From Deltaproteobacteria bacterium (lineage in GTDB: Bacteria; Myxococcota; Myxococcia; SLRQ01), in the NCBI GenBank assembly GCA_029210625.1, contig JARGFU010000001.1, positions 261,806 through 325,805 on the forward strand: a stretch of DNA of 64,000 nucleotides. The letters are read 5' to 3'. Below are positions 8,879-18,737 of the stretch, piece by piece; position 1 is the stretch's first letter, and each line of letters starts with the position of its first letter. Made by a program: the position numbers and the translations under genes. The notes beneath the pieces were generated by a model. It was given only the letters and a program-made list of their open reading frames with translations. It did no database searches and had not been told where the DNA came from.

Positions 8879-10515
8879 CGGCGCGCCTGGCGGGGGCGCA
8901 GGAAGATCAGGCCGAGGGCGAGGGCGAAGAGCGCGACGTTCGCGGGATCGAGGCCCCGCTGCGTCGCGCAGCCGCAGCCGCCCTGGGCGCCGAAGGTGGT
9001 GCCGCCGTCACCGGTCGGGATGCCGCCGCCCCCGCCGGTGCAGAGGCCGTCGGCCCCGCAGGAGGCGGTCTGCCCCCAGCAGTCGAGATCGTCCCGGCAG
9101 GGAGGCTGACAGGCCTTGCCGGTGGGAGCGTCGACGCAGAGGTAGTCGGCGCGACACTCGGTCCCCATCGGGCAGGCGGAGAAACACCAGGACTGCCCGA
9201 AGGCCTGCACGCAGCGGCCCGGGGCGCAGTCGGCGTCGGAGGTGCAGCCCACCTGCGTGCAGTAGCCGCCGGGGAAGAGCCCGCCCTCGGTGGCGCAGTA
9301 GAGGCCCGCCCCGCACTCGGCGTCCGTGGTGCAGGCCGAGCCCAGGGGCGGCGCGCTGCACTCACCCCAGGGGGTCCAGGTGCAGTCGCTCTGGCAGGTG
9401 CGGCTCTGGCTGCCGCCGCCGGTGCAGGCCTGGTCCTCGGTGACGTTCGGGACGCAGGGCCCCTCGTCGGTGCAGGTGGGATCGGTCACCCAGGTGCAGC
9501 TGTCGTCGCAGCGGGTCGTGGTGTTGCCGCAGTTCCCGCAGGCCTCGCTGACGGTCTCGCCCGGGGAGCAGACCCCCTGGCCGGTGCAGGTTCCATAGGG
9601 ATCCCACTCGCCGGAGCCGTTGCAACTGCGGGTCTCGGTGCCGCAACGCCCGCAGTCCCGGGAGGACTGGTCGCCGGGGGTGCAGGTGGTCGTCAGGTCG
9701 GTGAGGGTCGACTCGAGATCGTAGAAGGCGAAGTCGGTGGCGGTGCGCGGCAGGACGCGCAGGTACCAGGTCCCCAGGGAGAGGTTGGCCACCTGCAGCC
9801 GGCTGCGGTCGGCGCCGTCCACGCCGGCGTCACCGGTGGGGTTGCCGAAGGAGTCGTGGAGGGTGAAGTCGATGGGGCCCTCGCCGGGGCGGTGGAGCGC
9901 GCTCACGTCGATGCTCATCGGCCCGGTGGCGTCGATGACGTACCAGTCGGCGTCCCTCGCGATCCGCGAGGGGAGCGCGCCGTTGGGCAGGGTCTTGGCG
10001 GCCCCGAAGTTGTCGTTCTCCTCCATGCCGTCGTCGTCGAGCTCGGCCACGTCGATCGCGCTGGTCGAGGGACGATCCTGCAGGCAGAAGGTCCCGCAGC
10101 CGTCCTTGAGCACCTCGGCCTCGGCGTAGATCTCGGAGGTCGAGCCGGTGTCGTCGAGGAAGTCGGTGGTGCAGTCGAAGGTCTGATCCACGCCGCCGGA
10201 GACCTGCGCCGCGCTCACGTTGAAGATGGTGCGCCAGAGCTGGTCGTCGCCGACCCCACCGGCGCCCTCCGACTCCATGACCTTCACCTCGACGGTGTCT
10301 CCGCTGGTGAAGGCGACGTCGGAGTTGCCCACCTGGATCCGCACCTCGCAGAAGGAGCGCGCGTCCCCGAGGATGAAGGCATCCCGGATGGTGAGGGTGA
10401 TGATGGCGTCGTCGACGGTGTCCGAGCGGCTGACGGTGCCCGGGAGCGCCAGGGCCGCCTCCCCCCAGAGCAGACAGAAGAGCGCGAGCGAGAGGCTGAT
10501 CCGGCCGGTCCGCAT
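8875..10515 (-). CDS. secreted Cys-rich repeat protein with a C-terminal MYXO-CTERM sorting domain
   Basis: Signal peptide (LALFCLLWGEAALALPG). The N-terminal half is a beta-rich domain. The C-terminal half holds many Cys-rich modules (CTPGDQSSRDCGRCGTETRSCNGSGEWDPYGTC...). The extreme C-terminus, GGCGCATQRGLDPANVALFALALGLIFLRPRQARR, matches the MYXO-CTERM pattern of a GC-rich motif, a hydrophobic helix and a basic tail. Confidence 0.75.
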   Translation of the reverse strand: MRTGRISLSLALFCLLWGEAALALPGTVSRSDTVDDAIITLTIRDAFILGDARSFCEVRIQVGNSDVAFTSGDTVEVKVMESEGAGGVGDDQLWRTIFNVSAAQVSGGVDQTFDCTTDFLDDTGSTSEIYAEAEVLKDGCGTFCLQDRPSTSAIDVAELDDDGMEENDNFGAAKTLPNGALPSRIARDADWYVIDATGPMSIDVSALHRPGEGPIDFTLHDSFGNPTGDAGVDGADRSRLQVANLSLGTWYLRVLPRTATDFAFYDLESTLTDLTTTCTPGDQSSRDCGRCGTETRSCNGSGEWDPYGTCTGQGVCSPGETVSEACGNCGNTTTRCDDSCTWVTDPTCTDEGPCVPNVTEDQACTGGGSQSRTCQSDCTWTPWGECSAPPLGSACTTDAECGAGLYCATEGGLFPGGYCTQVGCTSDADCAPGRCVQAFGQSWCFSACPMGTECRADYLCVDAPTGKACQPPCRDDLDCWGQTASCGADGLCTGGGGGIPTGDGGTTFGAQGGCGCATQRGLDPANVALFALALGLIFLRPRQARR

Positions 10516-10606
10516 GCCCGCATGCTAGCACGCCGCCCCTCTCGTGAACCGATCCTGGCCCGGGCTGGCTCCCACCCCCCGAAGCGACTCAACGAGGGAG
10601 AACCCC

Positions 10607-11029
10607 ATGGGATTCATGAAGAAGCTGCTGGGCCTTTCGGACCTGCCCCCCCCGAACGTGGTCCACGTCACCGACGCCAACTTCAAGACCGAGGTGCTCA
10701 AGTCGAAGCTGCCGGTCCTGCTGGATGTCTGGGGCCCCAACTGCATGCCCTGCAAGCACCTCGAGCCCGTGATCTCCCGGCTCTCGCAGGAGTACGACGG
10801 CCGGGTGAAGGTGGCCGAGCTCAACGCCGCCACCGCCGCCAAGACCGCCAAGAAGCTGCGGGTGAGGGGCACCCCCACCGTGATCTACTTCTACAAGGGA
10901 CAAGTGAGGGAAAGGGTCGTAGGGTTCCGGGCGGGTCACTACCACAAGGACTACCTCGACAACGAGCTGCTGCCGCTGATCGAGCCCAAGACCCCCTCTT
11001 CGAGTGAGGCCGACGCGCCGGCAGCCTGA
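10607..11029 (+). CDS. thioredoxin-family protein
   Basis: CxxC active site in a Trx fold (LLDVWGPNCMPCKHLEPVI...GTPTVIYFYKGQ). A good Shine-Dalgarno (GAGGGAGAA) precedes the MGFMKK start. Confidence 0.7.
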   Translation: MGFMKKLLGLSDLPPPNVVHVTDANFKTEVLKSKLPVLLDVWGPNCMPCKHLEPVISRLSQEYDGRVKVAELNAATAAKTAKKLRVRGTPTVIYFYKGQVRERVVGFRAGHYHKDYLDNELLPLIEPKTPSSSEADAPAA

Positions 11030-11049
11030 ACAACGCCTCAGGACCGGAC

Positions 11050-11667
11050 ATGCGCACTCGATCGCTCCCCTCGCTCCTCGCTGTCTCCTTCCTCCTCCTC
11101 CCGGCCTGCGCCGGCCCGCAGAAGCCCTCCACCGAGGAGGCGAAGCCCTCGGTCGAGGAGGCCGTCCCCTCCCTCGAGGCCGAGGCGGGCGCCGCGGCCT
11201 CCGCCGAGCCCACCGAGCTGCTCCCGAACGGCAAGCAGATCGGTGACGATCTCCTGATCGGCGGCCAGCCCACCCCCGAGCAGCTCGAAGCCCTGAAGGC
11301 GGCCGGCTACCGTACGGTGATCAGCCTCCAGAGCGAGAGCGAGGAGGGGGCCGAGACCGTCCTCGCCGTCGCCCGGAACACCTTCGGCGCGGGCGCGGTC
11401 CACCTGCCGGTCCCCGGGGTCCTGGGGGTCGACGAGGACAACGCCGCCAAGCTGCACGAGGCCCTGAAGACCGCCCGGGAGCGGGGCGGCAAGATCGTCA
11501 TCCACTGCCGTACCGGCGGGCGCGCCTCGGCCCTCTATGCCCTCGCCCGCTACCGGCACGAGGGCGTCTCCGCCGAGGCCGCCATGGCGGAGGCCAAGGC
11601 CGCCGGCCTGACCAAGGAGGCGCTGATCGAGCACCTCGGCGAGCTCCTCCAGGAGCCGGTGAGCTAG
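11050..11667 (+). CDS. lipoprotein with a protein-tyrosine/dual-specificity phosphatase-like (CX5R) domain
   Basis: Lipobox LLLPAC, an Ala/Glu-rich linker, then a phosphatase-like domain whose P-loop HCRTGGRAS fits the HCxxGxxR(S/T) signature. Confidence 0.55.
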   Translation: MRTRSLPSLLAVSFLLLPACAGPQKPSTEEAKPSVEEAVPSLEAEAGAAASAEPTELLPNGKQIGDDLLIGGQPTPEQLEALKAAGYRTVISLQSESEEGAETVLAVARNTFGAGAVHLPVPGVLGVDEDNAAKLHEALKTARERGGKIVIHCRTGGRASALYALARYRHEGVSAEAAMAEAKAAGLTKEALIEHLGELLQEPVS

Positions 11668-11741
11668 GCCCCCGGCACCAGCGCTTTGCACCAGCGCTTT
11701 CCCCCCTTGACCGGCGGGCAGGCCTGACCGATCCAGGTGCC

Positions 11742-12815
11742 ATGAGCAGCCACCTCCACGCCGTGATCCTGGCCGGCGGCTCGGGCGTCCGCTTCTGGCC
11801 GCTGTCCCGCCGCGCCCGGCCCAAGCAGTTCCTCCGCCTCTTCGGCGATCGCTCCCTGATCCAGTCCACGGTGGATCGGGTGGAGGAGCTGATCCCGGCC
11901 GAGCGGACCTGGGTGGTCTGCGGCGAGCCGCACGCCGCCGCGGTCCGCGAGGAGCTGCCCGCGATCCCCGGCGACCAGATCCTCGTCGAGCCCGCCGCGA
12001 GGAACACCGCCGCGGCCATCGCCCTGGCCTGCCACCACGTCTCGGCGCGGGATCCCGAGGCGATCCTCGCCGTCCTGCCGGCCGATCACCACGTCGAGGA
12101 CGAGGAGACCTTCCGCCTCGGCCTGGAGTACGCCACCGGCGCGGCGAGCGCCGGCTACATCGTCACCCTCGGCATCCAGCCGACGCGGCCGGCGACCGGC
12201 TATGGCTGGGTGAAGCGCGGCGAGACCCTGGCCTCCGCGGACTCGCTGCCCACCTACGAGGTGGCGGCCTTCGAGGAGAAGCCCGACGAGGCGCGGGCCC
12301 TCGCGCTCTTGAGCTCCGGCAACTACCTCTGGAACGCGGGGATCTTCGTCTTCCAGGCCGGCACCCTGCTCTCCGAGCTGGACAAGCACCTCCCCGGCGT
12401 CGCCGCGCCCCTGCGCTCGCTGGCCGGGAGGCTCGACGATCGCGAGGCCCTCGCCGCCGCCTGGGGCGAGGTCGAGTCGATCTCCATCGACAAGGGTGTG
12501 ATGGAGCGCACCCGCCGCGCCGCCTGCGTGCCGGTGGACTGCGGCTGGTCGGACGTGGGCTCCCTGCCGGCGGCCCTCTCCCTCTCGTCGGGGGACGAGG
12601 CCCACAACCACCTCCTGGGTGACGCCTTCGCCCCGGAGTCGAAGCACTGCCTGATCCACGCCCAGGGTGGGCGGCCGGTCGTGGTGCTCGGCGGCGAGTA
12701 CCTGGTGGTGGTCGACACGCCGGACGCGGTGCTGGTGGCGCCCCGGGATCGGGTCGAGGAGATCCGGGACGTGGTCGAGATCCTCGAGGCCGCCGGCCGG
12801 GAGGAGCTCCTGTGA
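11742..12815 (+). CDS. manC: mannose-1-phosphate guanylyltransferase
   Basis: Nucleotidyltransferase N-terminus AVILAGGSGVRFWPLSR..PKQF and the general fold pattern (EPAARNTAAAIALA, WNAGIFVF). Translationally coupled to the downstream phosphomannomutase (GTGA/ATGA overlap at 12812). Confidence 0.75.
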   Translation: MSSHLHAVILAGGSGVRFWPLSRRARPKQFLRLFGDRSLIQSTVDRVEELIPAERTWVVCGEPHAAAVREELPAIPGDQILVEPAARNTAAAIALACHHVSARDPEAILAVLPADHHVEDEETFRLGLEYATGAASAGYIVTLGIQPTRPATGYGWVKRGETLASADSLPTYEVAAFEEKPDEARALALLSSGNYLWNAGIFVFQAGTLLSELDKHLPGVAAPLRSLAGRLDDREALAAAWGEVESISIDKGVMERTRRAACVPVDCGWSDVGSLPAALSLSSGDEAHNHLLGDAFAPESKHCLIHAQGGRPVVVLGGEYLVVVDTPDAVLVAPRDRVEEIRDVVEILEAAGREELL

Positions 12816-14215
12816 AGCCCGAGATCTTTCGCAGCTACGACATCCGCGGCATCGCCGACACGGACCTCACCGACGAGGTCGTCACCGACATCGGCCGCGC
12901 CTTCGGCAGCGCCCTGATGGAGGCCGGCGGTGCGCCGGTCGTCGTCGGCCGGGACGCCCGCCTCTCGGGTCCCCGGATCCACGCGGCCCTCCTCGCGGGG
13001 CTCACCGAGGTCGGCGCGAGCGTGATCGACCTCGGGGTGGTGCCCACGCCCCTGTGCTACTTCGCCGCCAACTTCCGCGAGGCCGTCGGCGGCCTGGTGA
13101 TGATCACCGGCTCCCACAACCCGCCCGACCACAACGGCCTGAAGCTGGGCCTGGGGCGGCGGACCATGGGGGGCGAGAAGATCCAGGCGCTACGCCAGCG
13201 GATCGAGGCGAGCGACTTCTTCCAGCCCGACGGGCCCGGCGAGGTCGAGAGCTGGGACCCCCTCCCCGCCTACCTCTCCTATCTGGAGAACAACCTCGAG
13301 CTCGGACCCTACCGCCCGAAGGTGGTCGTCGACGCCGGCAACGGCGTGGGCGGGCTGACGGCGGCCCCGATCCTCGAGCGCCTCGGCTTCCAGATGGAGG
13401 CCCTCTACCTCGAGCCCGACGGCACCTTCCCCAACCACGAGGCCGATCCCACGGTGGTCGCCAACCTGGAGGAGCTGTGCGCCCGGGTCATCTCCTCGGA
13501 CGCCGATCTCGGCGTGGCCTACGACGGTGACGCCGACCGGGTCGGGGTCATCGACGAGCGCGGGGAGATCCTCTGGGGCGACCAGCTCATGGTGATCTTC
13601 GCCCGGTCGATCCTCGAGCGGCGGCCCGGGGCGACCTTCGTCGCCGAGGTGAAGTGCTCCCAGGTGCTCTACGACGAGATCGATCGCCTCGGCGGCAACG
13701 GCATCATGTGGAAGGCCGGGCACACCCACATCAAGGACAAGATGAAGGAGACCGGCGCCGTCGCGGCCGGCGAGATGAGCGGCCACATCTTCTTCGCCGA
13801 TCGCTACTACGGCTTCGACGACGCCTGCTACGCCACCCTGCGGCTGCTGGAGATCCTCTCCCACACCCGCGCGCCCCTCTCCGAGCTCCTCGAGGGCCTG
13901 CCCGAGACCTTCACCACCCCCGAGCTGCGGGTGCCCTGCCCGGAGGAGGTGAAGTTCCGGGTGGTCGAGCTGGTGCGCGACCTGCTCGCCAGCCACCGCC
14001 AGGTGGTGGACGTGGACGGCGTGCGGGTGATCCACCCCGACGGCTGGGGGCTGCTGCGCGCCTCCAACACCCAGCCCCTGCTGGTCCTGCGCTTCGAGGC
14101 CGAGAGCGAGGCCCGGCGCGACGCGATCCAGGCGGAGGTGACCCAGGCCCTGCAGGAGGCCCTGACCGCCGTCGCCAAGATCGAGTCGGATCGCCTCGGG
14201 GCCGGCGGCGAGTAG
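12812..14215 (+). CDS. manB: phosphomannomutase/phosphoglucomutase
   Basis: Active-site loop ITGSHNPPDHNGLK, metal-binding loop DGDADRVGVID, and the usual N-terminus FRSYDIRGIADTDLT. Confidence 0.85.
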   Translation: MKPEIFRSYDIRGIADTDLTDEVVTDIGRAFGSALMEAGGAPVVVGRDARLSGPRIHAALLAGLTEVGASVIDLGVVPTPLCYFAANFREAVGGLVMITGSHNPPDHNGLKLGLGRRTMGGEKIQALRQRIEASDFFQPDGPGEVESWDPLPAYLSYLENNLELGPYRPKVVVDAGNGVGGLTAAPILERLGFQMEALYLEPDGTFPNHEADPTVVANLEELCARVISSDADLGVAYDGDADRVGVIDERGEILWGDQLMVIFARSILERRPGATFVAEVKCSQVLYDEIDRLGGNGIMWKAGHTHIKDKMKETGAVAAGEMSGHIFFADRYYGFDDACYATLRLLEILSHTRAPLSELLEGLPETFTTPELRVPCPEEVKFRVVELVRDLLASHRQVVDVDGVRVIHPDGWGLLRASNTQPLLVLRFEAESEARRDAIQAEVTQALQEALTAVAKIESDRLGAGGE

Positions 14216-14219
14216 CGCG

Positions 14220-15158
14220 ATGACGACCCAGCCCGCGGCCATCGCCGCCGACATCGGAGGCACGAACCTCCGCGTGGCCCTGGTGGGCGCCGGGGGCGAG
14301 CTGCTCCACACCCACCGTGAGCGCCTCGCCTCCAGTGAGCTGCCGGCGGTCGCCGAGCACCTGCGGCGGGCGCTGCTCTACCTGGAGACGCCCCCCGAGT
14401 CGCTGCCCATCGGCGTCGCCATCGCCGCCATGCTCCGGCGCGACGGCTTCGTGCGGGTCGCCCCCAACCTGGGCTGGCAGGACGTCGACCTGCGCGGCGC
14501 GCTGGAGCGGGCCCTGGGCGCCCCGGTGCAGGTTCACAACGATCTGGACGCAGCGGTCCTCGCCGAGGCGCGCGTCGGCGCCGGGGTCGACTGCGACACC
14601 GTCTTCCTCTGCTCGGTCGGCTCGGGCGTGGGCGGCGGCCTCTACGTCGGCGGCCGCCTCCACACCGGCGCGGGCGGGGTCGCCGGGGAGATCGGGCACG
14701 TGAAGGTGATCCCCGGCGGGCGGAGCTGCGGCTGCGGGGAGGAGGGCTGCCTGGAGGCCTACGCCGGCGGTCACGCGCTGGCCCGGCGCGCCCGGGAGCT
14801 GCTCGAGGCCGGCGCGGCCCCTGGCCTGCGGGCGCGGATCGGCGAGGACGACGAGGTCCTCGATGCCCGCCGGATCGTCGAGGCGGCCGCGGAGGGAGAC
14901 GCCGACTGCCAGCGGCTGCTGGACGAGGCCGCCGGACACCTCGGGCTGGCGCTGGCGAACCTCGCCACCGTCCTCGCGCCCGGGCGGCTCCTCCTGGGCG
15001 GCAGCGTCCTGCGCGGCGCCCCGGCCCTGCGCCAGCAGGTGAGCGAGCTGGTGCTGGCGCGGGTGGCCCGCAGCGTGGGGAAGACCCTCGAGGTCCACCC
15101 GGCGCGCCTGGGCGACGACGCCGGCCTGATCGGCGCCGGGCTCCTCGCCCTGGAGTGA
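14220..15158 (+). CDS. ROK-family sugar kinase (glucokinase/mannokinase-like)
   Basis: N-terminal ATPase motif AADIGGTNLRVALV, the ROK zinc motif GHVKVIPGGRSCGCGEEGCLEAYA, and GVGGGLYVGG. Confidence 0.8.
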   Translation: MTTQPAAIAADIGGTNLRVALVGAGGELLHTHRERLASSELPAVAEHLRRALLYLETPPESLPIGVAIAAMLRRDGFVRVAPNLGWQDVDLRGALERALGAPVQVHNDLDAAVLAEARVGAGVDCDTVFLCSVGSGVGGGLYVGGRLHTGAGGVAGEIGHVKVIPGGRSCGCGEEGCLEAYAGGHALARRARELLEAGAAPGLRARIGEDDEVLDARRIVEAAAEGDADCQRLLDEAAGHLGLALANLATVLAPGRLLLGGSVLRGAPALRQQVSELVLARVARSVGKTLEVHPARLGDDAGLIGAGLLALE

Positions 15159-15174
15159 GCCCGAGGGCCGGCCG

Positions 15175-15834
15175 CTACGCGCCGCTCATCAGCTTGCGGA
15201 GGAAGTCCTCGATCGCCTGCTTCTCGCTGGCCGAGTGCGAGCCGAGGCGCAGCCCCACGTGGTGGCGATCGCCGCCGACGGCGCGGGTGTGGACCACCTT
15301 GCCGGTGACGACGAGGGGGTCGTCCACCGCCTCGACGCGGATCTCCAGGGTGACCTGCTCGTCGATGAGCAGGGGCTGGTCGCACTCGAGGCCCAGGCCG
15401 CTGCGGGAGATGTCCCGCATCACCGCCCGGAACTCCTGCTTCGAGCGGCAGAGGATCTCCAGCCGGCGGGCGATCCGCGGGCTGTCCCGGAAGCCGACGC
15501 CCGCACCGGCGAGGAGGTACTCGATGAAGCTGGTGAGGCTCTCCCGCTGCGCGGGCTCCACCTGCGAGAAGCGCAGGCCGTAGGCCACGCGCCCCGGGTC
15601 GACCTCGGTCACCAGCCGGACCTCGCCCAGGACGGTGACCGACTCCGCGTCCATGGGCAGCTTCATCGCCACCCGCATGAGGTCGCCGACCTCCGCGATC
15701 CCCGGCGGGCCGAGGACCCGGGCGCCGCCGTAGGAGAGATCGACGACCTGCCCCGGCCAGAGGTTCCGGTCGGTGATCAGCTCGCAGTCGAAGGCGGTCT
15801 CGACCCGCGCGTGGACTCTTCGCTCGCGACCCAT
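15175..15834 (-). CDS. tandem PilZ-domain protein; likely c-di-GMP receptor
   Basis: Two PilZ-like halves: R..HARVETAFDCEL...DLSYGGARV (RxxxR...D.SxxG) and a second beta-barrel half. It is the last gene of the minus-strand block containing the histidine kinase and NtrC regulator. Confidence 0.6.
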   Translation of the reverse strand: MGRERRVHARVETAFDCELITDRNLWPGQVVDLSYGGARVLGPPGIAEVGDLMRVAMKLPMDAESVTVLGEVRLVTEVDPGRVAYGLRFSQVEPAQRESLTSFIEYLLAGAGVGFRDSPRIARRLEILCRSKQEFRAVMRDISRSGLGLECDQPLLIDEQVTLEIRVEAVDDPLVVTGKVVHTRAVGGDRHHVGLRLGSHSASEKQAIEDFLRKLMSGA

Positions 15835-15849
15835 CGGCCCGAGTATACG

Positions 15850-17244
15850 TCACAGCTGGCGATAGTCCTCTGCCTTGAGCCCGTGCTTCTTCAGCAGGCG
15901 GTGGAGGCTCTCGCGCTCGATGTCGGCGGCCCGGGCGGCCTTGCTGACGTTGCCCTCGTGGCGGCGCAGGAGGGCGTCGAGGTAGGCGCGCACCCCCTGC
16001 ACCTTCGCGATCCGCATGGCCTCCTTGTAGGGGAGGGCCGCGAGGGCCTCGAGGGGGCCGAGGCCGGGCCGGGCCTCGCGCAGCCCGCTGGGGAGATCGT
16101 CCACCCCGATGGTGTCGCCCTCGCAGGTGGCGACGGTGCGCTCGATGACGTTCCGCAGCTCCCGGACGTTGCCGGGGAAGGGCCAGGCCGCCAGGAGGCC
16201 GAGGGCCTCGGGGGTCAGCCCCCGGAGGGTCCTCCCCTGGACCTTCGCCTGGGTGGCGACGAAGTGGGCCGCGAGCAGGGGCAGATCCTCGCGCCGCTCG
16301 CGCAGGGGCGGCAGGGCGATGGGGAAGACGTTGAGGCGGTAGAAGAGATCCTCCCGGAAGGCGCCGGCCGCGACCTCCTCCGGCAGCGATCTCAAGGTCG
16401 CGGCGATCACCCGCACGTCCACCGCCGCCTCCCGGGTCGCCCCGACCGGGCGCACCTTGCGCTCCTCGAGCACCCGGTTCAGCTTCACCTGCATCGAGAG
16501 GGGCAGCTCGCCGATCTCGTCGAGGAAGAGGGTGCCGCCGTCGGCCTCCCGGAAGAGCCCGGGACGGTCGCGGTCGGCGCCGCTGAAGGAGCCCTTGAGG
16601 TGACCGAAGAGCTCGGACTCGACCAGCTCGGCCGGCAGGGCGCCGCAGTTCACCGCCACGAAGGGGCGGCCCTTCCGATCCGAGGCCTCGTGGATGGCCC
16701 TGGCGACCAGCTCCTTGCCGGTGCCCGACTCGCCGGTGACCAGCACGGTGAGGTCCAGGCCGCCCGCGCGCTCGATGAGGGCGAAGACCTCCTGCATGGC
16801 CTCGCTGCGGCCGATCATCCCGGCCGGGGCGGAAGGATCGATCAGGCGGCCCAACCCGCGACCGGCGTCCTCGCGCTGCTGTCTTCGCTCGAGGGCGGCC
16901 TCGATCACCTCCCGCGCGCGGTCGGGGTCGAAGGGCTTCTGCAGGTAGTCGAAGGCGCCCTGCTTCATCGCCGCCACCGCGCGATCCACCGTGGCGTAGG
17001 CGGTCATCATCACCACCTCGGGGCGGGGGCTGGCCGCGACCGCGGCCTCCAGGACGGCGAAGCCGTCGGCGCCGGGCATCCGGACATCGGTGACGACCAG
17101 CTCGAAGGGCTCGCCGGCCAGGCGGGCGATGGCCTCGGAGCCGGTGGCGGCCTCGACCACCTCGCCCAGCTCGCCGATCACCCGGGCGACCAGGCGGCGC
17201 AGGTTGGCGTTGTCGTCCGCCACGAGGATCCGGGGCCGGCTCAC
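15850..17244 (-). CDS. sigma-54-dependent (NtrC-family) response regulator
   Basis: REC domain ([10 protein letters not shown]...DVRMPGADG), AAA+ sigma-54 activator domain with Walker A GESGTGKE and the GAFTGA-equivalent [15 protein letters not shown], and a C-terminal Fis-type helix-turn-helix. A GTG start overlaps the kinase stop (GTGA). Confidence 0.9.
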   Translation of the reverse strand: MSRPRILVADDNANLRRLVARVIGELGEVVEAATGSEAIARLAGEPFELVVTDVRMPGADGFAVLEAAVAASPRPEVVMMTAYATVDRAVAAMKQGAFDYLQKPFDPDRAREVIEAALERRQQREDAGRGLGRLIDPSAPAGMIGRSEAMQEVFALIERAGGLDLTVLVTGESGTGKELVARAIHEASDRKGRPFVAVNCGALPAELVESELFGHLKGSFSGADRDRPGLFREADGGTLFLDEIGELPLSMQVKLNRVLEERKVRPVGATREAAVDVRVIAATLRSLPEEVAAGAFREDLFYRLNVFPIALPPLRERREDLPLLAAHFVATQAKVQGRTLRGLTPEALGLLAAWPFPGNVRELRNVIERTVATCEGDTIGVDDLPSGLREARPGLGPLEALAALPYKEAMRIAKVQGVRAYLDALLRRHEGNVSKAARAADIERESLHRLLKKHGLKAEDYRQL

Positions 17245-18719
17245 GGGGTCTCCTCCCCGCCCTCTTTCGATCGATCCTGCATCGGCAGCCGCACCGTGGC
17301 ACAGGCGCCGCCCCCGGGCGAGGCGCCGAGGTGGAGGCTGCCGCCGTGGGCCTCGACGATCGCCCGGCTCACCGCCAGCCCCAGACCGGTGCCTCCCTCC
17401 CGGCGGGTGGCGAAGGGCTCGAAGAGCTGCCCCTCGATCTCGGGGTCGAGGCCCGGACCCTCGTCGGTGATCTCGAGCTCGGTGTGACCCCCCGCGCTCT
17501 GCACGCGGGCGCGGACCCTCCGGGCGCCGGGCGCGTCCCGGCTCGCCTCGGCGGCGTTCTTGAGCAGGTTGTGGATCACCTGCTCGAGGCCCAGGGCGTT
17601 GCCCCGCACCGTCGCCTCGCCCTCCACCTCGATCGTCAGGCCCCCCACCTGCCCGCTCTCCGCGAGGCGCTGCCAGGCCTTCCGGGCGGCCGCGCCGAGG
17701 GCCAAGGCCTCGTCGCCGACCGGCCAGGGGCGGGAGAGGTCGAGGAGCCCCTGCACGATGGCCTGGGCCCTCCCCGCCTCCTCGACGATCGCCTCGAGGT
17801 CGGCGCGCTGCTCCCCTTCGGCCTCCTTCGCCAGGAGCTTCGCGTAGCCGAGGATGACCCCGAGGGGGTTGTTGATCTCGTGGGCGACGCCGGCGGCCAA
17901 TCGGCCCACCGCCGCCAGGCGCTCGCGGGCCAGCCGCTCCTGCTGGTGGCGGACGAGGGCGCCGGCCATCTCGTCGAGCTGCGCGGCGAGGGTGCCCAGC
18001 TCGTCGGGCCGATCCAGGGCGATGCGCGCGTCGAGCTCTCCCCGGGACCAGCGGGAGACCGCCGCCCGCACCCGCTCCAGCGGCGCGGTGAGGGCCGAGA
18101 CCGCGAAGCGGCCCAGCCCCAGGGCGAGGATCACCGCCAGGCCCAGGAGCGAGCCGATGGCCCAGGTGGTGCGGCGGCGCACTCGGGCCGCCTCGACCTC
18201 CCGCTCGGCGATGTCCTCGGTGAGGTGCGCGGCGAGGCGATCGGCGCGGGCCTGCACCTGCAGCACCAGCTGCAGGCTCGCGGAGTGGGCGTCGAGGGTG
18301 TGCGTGCCGTCGCCCCGCCGGATCGCGGGCAGGACCTTCTCGCGGAAGAGGCCGTCGAGCTCCCGGGAGCTCGCCAGGATCGAGTCGAGGGTGTGAGCGA
18401 CCTCCGGGCTCGTGCCGGCCGCCTCCAGCTCCTGGTGGAGCATCCCCAGGCGCTTGAGCGCCATCTCGTACATGTGGAGGTGGGAGTCGTCTCCCAGGAT
18501 CACCATGTGCGCCTCGTGGGCGTACTGATCGCGCAGGGTGGTGGCGACCTCCAGGACCGCCCGCACCTGCCGCTCCTCGTCCCGGATCCGCCGCAGGGAC
18601 TCCCTCCCCTCGAGCAGGCCGAAGAGGGCCGCCGCCGTCCCGCCGGCGAAGAGCACCAGCAGGAGGGCGTAGCCCAGCACCAGCCGGCGGATCGTCGACC
18701 TCTGGGGAGGGGCTCCCAT
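17241..18719 (-). CDS. sensor histidine kinase (TM, HAMP, HisKA, HATPase_c)
   Basis: N-terminal TM helix, H-box AAGVAHEINNPLGVILGYAKLL, N box NLLKNAAEA and G boxes DEGPGL and GGTGLGL. Confidence 0.85.
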   Translation of the reverse strand: MGAPPQRSTIRRLVLGYALLLVLFAGGTAAALFGLLEGRESLRRIRDEERQVRAVLEVATTLRDQYAHEAHMVILGDDSHLHMYEMALKRLGMLHQELEAAGTSPEVAHTLDSILASSRELDGLFREKVLPAIRRGDGTHTLDAHSASLQLVLQVQARADRLAAHLTEDIAEREVEAARVRRRTTWAIGSLLGLAVILALGLGRFAVSALTAPLERVRAAVSRWSRGELDARIALDRPDELGTLAAQLDEMAGALVRHQQERLARERLAAVGRLAAGVAHEINNPLGVILGYAKLLAKEAEGEQRADLEAIVEEAGRAQAIVQGLLDLSRPWPVGDEALALGAAARKAWQRLAESGQVGGLTIEVEGEATVRGNALGLEQVIHNLLKNAAEASRDAPGARRVRARVQSAGGHTELEITDEGPGLDPEIEGQLFEPFATRREGGTGLGLAVSRAIVEAHGGSLHLGASPGGGACATVRLPMQDRSKEGGEETP

Positions 18720-18737
18720 CCCCCCCAGGGTAACCGG

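Noticed and set aside
10511-10530. Palindrome GCATGCTAGC at the start of the MYXO-CTERM protein gene as a regulatory site
   Set aside because: It is short and overlaps two adjacent ATG triplets. It is likely coincidental, with no supporting repeat or partner half-site.
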